From Eledone cirrhosa (taxonomy: Eukaryota), in the NCBI GenBank assembly GCA_964016885.1, contig OZ024742.1, positions 90,520,001 to 90,584,000 of the forward strand: a stretch of 64,000 nt of DNA. Reading direction: 5' to 3'. Under the pieces are notes generated by a model. That model made no database searches. It worked only from the letters and a program-made list of their open reading frames with translations, and was not told the DNA's origin. This document shows, piece after piece, positions 54,407 to 64,000 of the stretch; within the stretch, counting starts at the first letter, position 1; each line of letters starts with the position of its first letter. Both the position numbers and the translations under genes were made by a program.

Positions 54407-57040
54407 ATACTTGGGGAGGGTCATATTTGTGTAATATTGCCAGAATTAATAACAGAACACACTCACTATTTGGTTGGTTTTCGCTTTTCGCTTCTGTGTC
54501 TTTTATATCGGTAATCTAATATACTCGGTCCTCAATATTGCCATTGACTGACCGACGGTCAAAAATAATACAGATACAATATAGACACAAACACATATAT
54601 ATAGTTTATCATAAATCTTTCGTTGCACATCTGCAACATCATCAGTGGTGCTATTGTTTCCTCCTGTTGAATTGTATGGCTACGCCATTTTTATTCAGTC
54701 TGTCTATATATTTATTTATTTATTTGCTTGTTTGTTTATTTTATTTTGTCTTCTTTGCGCATGCGTTTGCGTGTGTGTATAGTGTTTTGTTTGATGTTTG
54801 ATGTGTGTTCTTGATTGGGTGACTAATGTGTGTTTATGTGTTTGTTGTTATTGTGCTTGTGTATGTATTTATTTATTTATTTATTTATTTATTTTATTTT
54901 ATTTTATTTACTTATTTATACTTCTCTTAGATCAGTGTTGTTTGTTTGGGTGTTGTTGTTATTCTATTCATTCTTTCTGTTTAGTCTTGGTCTTCTAAGT
55001 TCTATTTAACTGGCCTCTCTGATTTGCCTATCTGCTGGGTCATTTCTATGTTTAGATATTATTCTAATTTCTATGTTGTCTATGTTACCGTCATGTTGTT
55101 GTCTGGCATGTTCGTATAGTACTGATCCGTTTTTTTGTCCTTTTAGTTCCCCCCAGTGTTGGTCTATCCTTTCACCTATGCTACGAGCTGTCTCACCTAT
55201 GTATGTTGTTGTCATGTTTCTGCAGGTACCCTCTGTACATCTTATGCTATAGACTACGTTTCTAGTTTTACAGTTTATCCGGGGGTTTACCTTACATATG
55301 ATACATTTCCTATTGGTAGAGTGGGTTTTCTTAAAAGGGTAGGTTTTGCTGATCAGGGATTTTATGGTGGTTCCTGGCTTTTCTACCACCTTAATTTTTA
55401 AGTGGGTCTTTCTCAGGGCCTTTCTACACTGGTTAGCTAATTTCCCTCCAGGGGTAGAGTCCACAAACATGACACTCTGGTATCTCTGGTTGTCGTACCA
55501 TGAGGTGGCTTTCCCTATCTTATGTCTAGCCCTATCTAAGCTATTCCATGATTTGCTCCTGTATAATGGGCAAATTCCTTTCATGTCCAGTTCTATGAGG
55601 GTCTTATACTTCTCAATGGCTCCTTCGTATACTCTGACTCTGTCTCTTTGGTTGTAGCCAGAGAACTGCATACGGTTGATGAAGTGTTGGATGTGTCTTT
55701 CCATTTCTGTTGGGTCGCACATGCGGGACACATTCTTCATCACTCGTACCAAATCTGCGATCAGAATATTAAACTTAGCACTACTGGACATTGCTGAGTT
55801 TTTGAGTATCATGTATTTGGAGGCCATGGGTTTAGCATAGTGTGAGTGGAGAATTTGGGCTCTCTCGTCTATAGTGTAAATCCAGAGTTCTGTGTCGAAT
55901 ACAGGTAGTCTATTGTTAGGGTGTTTGGAAGGGAAGTCGATAGTTACAGTTATACTCTGGTGTATGGAATTAGCTATTTGCTGGATGCTTTCCATTGTGC
56001 TACGTTATAAATCAAACTTGTTAGTGCTCTCTAGTGGGGATGTTCTTATAACTATATTGATATCGTCTACATAACGAGAGTACATGATGAGGTCTATGGA
56101 GCTCTCATTAAGGAGATCTTTAAGTCTCCTTTCCCACCATACCATGAAAAGGTTGGCAACATCACCAGCTATGCTGACGCCAATGGCTGCTCCTTCATTT
56201 TGGGTGTAGATCTTCTTGTTGAACTTAAATATGTGGCCCTTGAGGGTAGTTTTGATACTAGCCCCTATTGCATGTGCGACCATTTTTCTTACCTGATCAT
56301 TGTTTTGGGGGGTCCGTATAGCTTTGGTCCACCCAATCCACCTTCCCATGGGAGTCTTTTTTGCCATTGAGGTTATGGTAGGGGGTCTACCTCTTATGGG
56401 TCTACTAGGGCAGAAACGTCTAAGGTCATGGCTGTCTAGGTAGTCAGTGTCGTAGGTAAGTCTAAGTAGGAGGCCCAGTTCGTCTGTGCCGACGTCGCAG
56501 AACTCCACCTCACTCTCAATGATCATCTTCACACATTTTTCCACAGCAAAATCAATGTTAATGGATGGGTACAGTGACACCACATCCATGCTGCCTATTA
56601 TGCAGTTGGATAGGTTCCTGTTTTTGTTGCACTCACTGATTCTGCTGAGGAGGTTCTCTGTACTGTCACATACATCCGGGGACATCTTGATTATGGGGCG
56701 TATAACCATTGAGAGGAAGTAGGAGATCCTGTAGTTACTAGCTATATTAGCACCACTGATGATGTTGCAGATGTGCAACGAAAGATTTATGATAAACTAT
56801 ATATATGTGTTTGTGTCTATATTGTATCTGTATTATTTTTGACCGTCGGTCAGTCAATGGCAACATTGAAGACCGAGTATATTAGATTACCGATATAAAA
56901 GACACAGAAGCGAAAAGCGAAAACCAACCAAACAGTGAGTGTGTTTTGTTATTAATTCTGGCAATATTACACAAATATGACCCTCCCCAAGTATAACAAT
57001 ATTTGTTTCGACACACGATTTCATATAAAAAACCTCGCAA

Positions 57041-57045
<5 letters not shown>
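54401..57045 (-). mobile_element. 5'-truncated Penelope-like element with inverted pseudo-LTRs, inserted in (TA)n
   Basis: Inverted repeats 54401-54653 and 56748-57000 flank the RT + GIY-YIG region. Confidence 0.93.
55006..56747 (-). pseudogene. PLE reverse transcriptase + GIY-YIG endonuclease, one frameshift near 56000
   Basis: SMDVVSLYPSI, YTQNEGAAIG..ANLFM, RYVDDI, LPVFD; NVVYSIRC..C..YIGETARSIGERIDQH. Confidence 0.93.
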
Positions 57046-57103
<58 letters not shown>

Positions 57104-57643
57104 GGAAAGGAATCAGGCCCCCGACGGCTGAGCTCCGGCCGTTTTGACAGCTAGATCTGAACTAACCCAGTAGTGTTAGGACGGTGGTAATCTACCTGAA
57201 CTTTTCAAGGGGTACAGTCCATATACGGGCATGTAAATGAAAACCTAGCAGTAGTGTCATATCAAAAAATATTTTAAAATTGTTTTTCTTTTCTGTCACC
57301 CTAAGTATCGAGTACTCTGGTGCGTTATGGTCCACCTGGTTCCTTACCACACCTCCTTCGTTATAAATATATATATATATATATATATAGGCTTCTACAT
57401 AAACTGGAAATATTCTCCGAATTTGTAGAAAACTTATAATGAAACAATTGTTTGGAATGAGAGATATATTTTAACTTTAATTATATCTCATAAAATAATA
57501 CAACTGGCTTTTCCACATAATACATATTGTTAGCACCCCAAACACTTAAATTGGGTTTATATTAAAATATAACCTAATGTTTGTTGAGTGAGATGGTCAC
57601 CAGACAGAGATTAGCTTTAAACTATCTCTGTTATTGTATTAAT

Positions 57644-57806
<163 letters not shown>

Positions 57807-57831
57807 ATACATACATATATATACTTTGATA

Positions 57832-58250
57832 AAAGAAGCGGGCCGCCACTGCTGGCTTTGGCTGGGCTTGATTTTACTCCTTCGACTACAACATGTTGGG
57901 CTCTGTCTGCCAGGAAACACTTGATCCACTGTAGTAACTTTCCAGAGACTCCAATATTGGATAGTTATTTCAATAGAATCTCATGATCAACTCTGTCAAA
58001 GACCTTGCTGAAATCAAGGTAGATGACATCAGTGCTGGAGCTCTCAAAACATCATCAAAGTGATGCAGGAGCTGCGTTAGACACTCCCTGCCATTACGGA
58101 ACCCATGCTGGTTATAGTTCAGTAGTCCCTTGCTTTCGAGAGAGTGGGTTATTCGTGATCTCACCAACCTCTCAAATACTTTGATGATATGAGAGGTGAG
58201 GGGGATCGGACGGTAGTTCACTGCAAGAGACTTGTTCCCTTTTTGAAAAC
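57832..58250 (-). mobile_element. CR1/L2-group LINE reverse transcriptase fragment
   Basis: NYRPIPLTSHIIKVFE, QHGFRNGR.CLTQL, VIYLDFSKVFDRVDH, LLQWIKCFL. Confidence 0.85.
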
Positions 58251-58265
58251 TGAGACATATATATA

Positions 58266-59107
<842 letters not shown>

Positions 59108-59510
59108 TCGTCATCATTACCAAATTATTCAATAACCTTACACTTATCAAAACAAAATTTGTCATTAAACCTATTGCGAGTAGAGTGAATTTAATAGTTT
59201 TTGAATCTTTAGAATGGTTAATGTCTTTCCCGCGGTATTTTCAACATGTGGGCTCAAAACTCGTGTCTTGTCAAATTCTAGTATACTTATTGGGTTCTTT
59301 ATTAATAAATGGGTGCTTTTTTTTTTCAATATTTCAATAATTCTGTGCACGTTTCGACAAGGAAAAGAAATCTTTCTTTGGTTTTGTTTTAAATACACAC
59401 ATAATAATTTTTCGGATTGTTCTGATATGCATGATCAATAATCATAACAATATCGAGCTTCCCAGCATCTTGTTTAGTCAAAACTATGTGGATATCTCTA
59501 TTTATAAATT

Positions 59511-59627
<117 letters not shown>

Positions 59628-59671
59628 CAATATATTAATAAATGGAAACTATATTTATAAAACCATATTTA

Positions 59672-59732
59672 TTTTATTATATATATTTCAAGGGCAACCA
59701 AGGCAAATTATGGTGCGCTTTCATCAGATAAA
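59672..59732 (-). ncRNA. minimal type I hammerhead (left arm)
   Basis: TTTAT-CTGATGA-AAGCGCACCA..TGGTTGCCCTT-GAAA-T-ATAT-ATA-ATAAA. Confidence 0.72.
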
Positions 59733-59809
59733 ATACAGATTTGTTTTATAAATAAATATTGACATACCCGGAAAAAAGACAACCTTAACGGTTGGAGCTT
59801 CCTGGATAG

Positions 59810-59869
59810 TTTATCTGATGAAAACGCACCATAATTTGCATTGGTTGCCCTTGAAATATATATAATAAA
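59810..59869 (+). ncRNA. minimal type I hammerhead (right arm)
   Basis: Same motif; inverted arms 59627-59732 and 59810-59915. Confidence 0.72.
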
Positions 59870-60197
59870 ATAAATATGGTTTTATAAATATAGTTTCAAT
59901 TTATTAATATATTGTCTATTTACTCCACTTATCTGTTGAGTGCTTTATATCAGTTATAAAAAGTTTTAAGCTTGTTGAATCCCAACAAATTAAATATAAC
60001 CTCTGCATATATATATATATATATTTTTTTTTTTTGTATAAAGCTATGCTTGAAGCGAAATTCTATTTCTAATCTATTATAAGTTGAGCCAACTTATGCA
60101 GCTTCATATGCAAATGAGATTAATCACCTCATTTACACAGACGAGAAAACTATATATTCTCGACTGTTCTCAAGTCCAACAGTTGCAAACGGTGGGA

Positions 60198-60250
60198 GGG
60201 ACCGTCCTGATGAAGGATAGTCAAGCCTGAAATGCATAGACGGTTGTCCC
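60198..60250 (+). ncRNA. minimal type I hammerhead ribozyme
   Basis: ACCGTC-CTGATGA-AGG..CCT-GAAA-TGCA-TA-GACGGT; palindromic stem III ATGCAT. Confidence 0.88.
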
Positions 60251-60400
60251 CCTTGCCTCTGCTGGACACCACCAGACGCCGTTAACCCCGGTGTTTGCAT
60301 AGCTACGGCTTCCTAAATGTTTCCTGTTAACATACCGTGTTTCTTTAGAAATACGAAATTTCTATACATATTCGTATAAAGCTGTGCTTGAAGCAAAATC

Positions 60401-60448
<48 letters not shown>

Positions 60449-60647
60449 GTACATATAAACGCATACACACAGGCACACACACACACTTTCTCTCTCTCTC
60501 TCTCACACACGCATGTATATGTATATGTGTGTGTGTGTATTCGCTGGATCTACACCCAGATAGAACTATTTTACATACGATATATATATATATATAATTA
60601 GAGAGACGGTGTTGGGTGGGAGTAGACTCAGATGAGATGTTTGTAGA

Positions 60648-62261
60648 TACAAAATGTGTCATAAAAGTAACAGGTCTTAGTGTGATGTGTGAGCTATGAG
60701 TGGGGCCGTAATTATCGGGTTGGGTCACCGTTTGGCGTAATATTCGGAGGGTATATAACTGCGATCTCAGCCCTTTGCAGCAATTGCATGTCTTTTCACG
60801 CGCCTTTGTTAACAGCTCCTCAATTTTAGGCCGTCGAGCGATGGACACAGATCAACGAAACAAGCTAAAGTTTCTGGTTTGGCTGGAGGAAGCTCCGTCT
60901 GAGGCACTCGAAATACTTCAGCAAGTATACGGAGATGAGACGATGTTGTGCTCACAGATTTCCGAGTGACGCAAAAGGTTCAAAGAGTGAAGAGGGGACG
61001 TGGAAGACGACCCCAGGAGCAAAATGCTTTCAACGAGGAGGACTGAGGCCAACGTTGACCTCATGAGGCAAGTGCTGCGAGGCGATCGTCGCCTGACTGT
61101 TCGACTGATCGCAGATGAGCTGGGAATGAACTTCCACAGCGTTTGAAGATTCTTACCGAACATTTGTGTATGCCGAATATCTGCGGGAAGATGGTGCCCA
61201 AACGGCTGAAAGATGACCAGAAAGAGCGGCGCATGTTATTGTGTCACGACGTCTTCGAACGTCTGGAAACCATTGATGAGTCATTAATCTTCGAGTATAT
61301 GCAGGAGACCAAGTGCCAGAGCCTTTAGTCCGGAGTCCCCGAAGCCGACGAAAGCAAGACTGTAGAAGTCGAAAGGTAATCTCATATTCCCTGATGTGAG
61401 GGTCATCGTCTACAGGGCCAGACATTCCTACATAAATCCAGGCTTCAGTTTGGTGGTTCTGGTTAGTGGACGTTAGTTCTGCTTCATATATTAAGGCTGG
61501 AGTCTTGCAATATTGATGCAGCGGGCCTGCTTCTTGCCTTCTGCATGTGCATCCGTAAGGAGGAAGGTTTTTGCGTTTGCTGGTGATGTGAGATTCGATG
61601 TTACTGGTGCAAAAGTAGCACATTTTCACTGTATGGTGGTTGAATAATTTCCGGCATTTGAAAGCCCTTTAACTATGAATTTTGGTAGCTGACGGCTGTC
61701 ATCTAGCGGATCCCATCAGAAGCAGTAGAGGATAGTTGTCGACGCGTTTCTGATTTGTGGCCGTTATCAAGACAGTGCCTCCCCTACCCTGCTCTCTACT
61801 GACATTTACAAAGAGATGTCGGAGAATTTGCTTCGTTCAGTGCGCGAGAAGAGGTGAGAGTTGTGGCTGAACAACTCGTGGTTGCTTTACCACGGCAACG
61901 CGCCGGCTCACAACGCCCTGAACATCCGGCAGTTCCTGGCTCAGAAGAACATCACCATTCTGGAACAACCTCCTTTCTCACTCGACCTGGTGCCTTGTGA
62001 TTTTTTCGTTTTCCTCAAGCTCAAGAGGGTCAACAAGGGGACCGGTTTTCTGGACATGCGAGCCATGAAGAGATCGGTGAATAGGGAGCTATGGGGAAAC
62101 CTGGGAGAAACCTTACGGGAGTGTAAGGAGGTGTGGTGGAGAAGAATGGGGAAGTGTGTTAGACTCCCGGAGGATTATTTCAAAGTGGACAACATTTTTT
62201 TGTAATTTTTTCTTCTTTTTTTTGCGTCCCCAGTTCTGTTTCTTTTCTGACACAATTCGTA
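60648..62261 (+). mobile_element. decayed mariner DNA transposon with TIRs, interrupted by a PLE fragment
   Basis: HTH region, MVPKRL, DES, HGNAPAH, PFSLDLVPCDF; TIRs TACAAAATGTGTCATAAAAG.AACAG and its reverse complement near 62234-62261, with TA ends. Confidence 0.9.
61415..61660 (-). mobile_element. PLE GIY-YIG fragment inside the mariner
   Basis: CTCRRQEA.PL..CKTPALIYEA..WIYVG, homologous to 31530..31826. Confidence 0.8.
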
Positions 62262-62624
62262 TCTAGATGTACACAAGTATAAATATAAACCTTATCAAAA
62301 TAATACATCTGAAATCTAACAAATGAACACAAACAGATAGTAGTAAGTTAACCCAGATAAGATGTTTCTTATAAACCTCCACTGTTGCTGTTCAGTGTAG
62401 CATGGGTAGTGACTGTATTTGTTTTATAATTCTGATGTGACAAATGTAATAGCATGTATTTATCATATATACATATCAATTGGTGTGGTAGATGTCATGA
62501 TATTGCATTTTTACTGTACTGGTAACTTTCATTAGGTCATACAAACATATACGCAAATTATTCATGTACTTACACTGATACACTCGAGCTCACACAAACA
62601 TACACACAGACACACACTCACACA

Positions 62625-62806
<182 letters not shown>

Positions 62807-62812
62807 AATTTG

Positions 62813-62863
<51 letters not shown>

Positions 62864-62879
62864 GTATGTATATCTGTTG

Positions 62880-63193
62880 GCTTGTTCTTCTTTTTGGTAA
62901 ATATCATCTTGGTTAAGAGAGTGGGACTGGCTTTGTGCAGTGCCTTTGCTCACTATAAAAGCTTCACGGCACAGGCATTGCTTTATATCTGGAGATCTCT
63001 CTGCACTTGTCGTCACATGGTACCATGGGCCCAGCACTATGTGTCAATAATTGTCACAAGTGTAGTGTTTGTACCAGAGTTTTCAAGTCGCTGGCTGGAC
63101 TAAAAAGTCACACTCGTTCAGCGCATCGGTAGGGGTTCTACTACATGGATATAAAGTAGTGGCCGTACTCGAAAACGAGTTGGCAGCCACCAT
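62880..63193 (+). mobile_element. non-coding retroposon subfamily B, 5'-truncated
   Basis: Reverse complement of 49518-49830. Confidence 0.82.
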
Positions 63194-63289
63194 ATATATA
63201 TATATACAATTAGAATGTTATTTCTCGCCCTAGCACAGCTGATAGGTGTGCATACTTACATTTATATATATATATATATATATATATGA

Positions 63290-64000
63290 TTCGTTACAAC
63301 CGTGGTATATACAGGTTATTCACCCCAACTCATTCAGTCTGTCATATAATTACAAATGGCTCCCCACAGCTGAGATTTTAGAAAATATAGGTAAGTTCTA
63401 AGGATAGGTAATCCCAAAATTATCTATAATTAGACAAAGACGTTCAGTAATGTAAGTGAAAAGGGATTGACTATATTAAACAAATCAGGCAACTTGTGTT
63501 TTACAGGGAGCCCAGGGGTTAAGTTAAAAAGTCGAAGAAAATAAATTCAAGTAATCCAGTCTAGACCATTTTTAGAACACATTTTGGTTCATGGAGACAG
63601 CGACTGAAGCATTCGAGGTTCGTATTTTAGAAGCGTTTTCCGGAAGCCAGTTGTGGGATTATATACCTCATCTTCGAGTTACACAACTTGCAAAATGTCC
63701 CATTGACGAAGGGAATGGATTTTTCCAGTATATTCCATATAATGGAAAACGCTGTGCCATTATTCTTGAGGTACTCCACATGGTTTGCAAGTGGAGTGGT
63801 ATGATTTTTGTCAAGATGTCTGAAGGTTGTTTCGTGGTTCAGGAAACGGCTTTTGAATCGTCTCTCAGGCATTCCTAGATAAATAACATTTATAACCGTT
63901 GGAGTCTTGCACTATTGATCCAGCTGGCATGCCTCTTCCTCATCAGCACCTGTAATGGAGACGGCTTTTGTATTTTTGGTGATATGGGATTTCATGTAAT
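63290..64000 (-). mobile_element. PLE 3' fragment (GIY-YIG + degenerate pLTR)
   Basis: RFKSRFLNH..TF..TPLANHV..WNILEKS..CKLC; pLTR piece at 63293-63343 is related to 39211 and 32349. Confidence 0.8.

Noticed and set aside
55990-56010. Possible selenocysteine readthrough or programmed recoding in the PLE ORF
   Set aside because: The break is a TAA with a frame change, not an in-frame TGA; simple decay explains it.

Overview
AT-rich, microsatellite-dense animal intergenic DNA. The SINE and retroelement repertoire suggests an octopod cephalopod, but this is inference. No host gene is supportable, and almost all short ORFs in the track come from microsatellites. The window is a nested collection of decayed transposons: four R4/Dong-type RLE retrotransposons, one near full-length Tx1/L1-type element plus fragments, a decayed Helitron, a mariner, CRE and CR1/L2-type fragments, about ten tRNA-derived SINE copies, about ten copies of a non-coding (TATG)n-tailed retroposon, and many Penelope-like element (PLE) pieces. 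The main hidden signal is roughly 20 type I hammerhead ribozyme (HHR) motifs read by eye, from many unrelated sequence families. They occur in three settings: PLE pseudo-LTRs; fold-back palindromes whose apex often falls in or next to the ribozyme; and two non-coding units (periods 507 and 427 nt) whose direct repeat starts at the predicted self-cleavage site, as expected for retrozyme-like circular RNAs. All coordinates and folds are manual and approximate.
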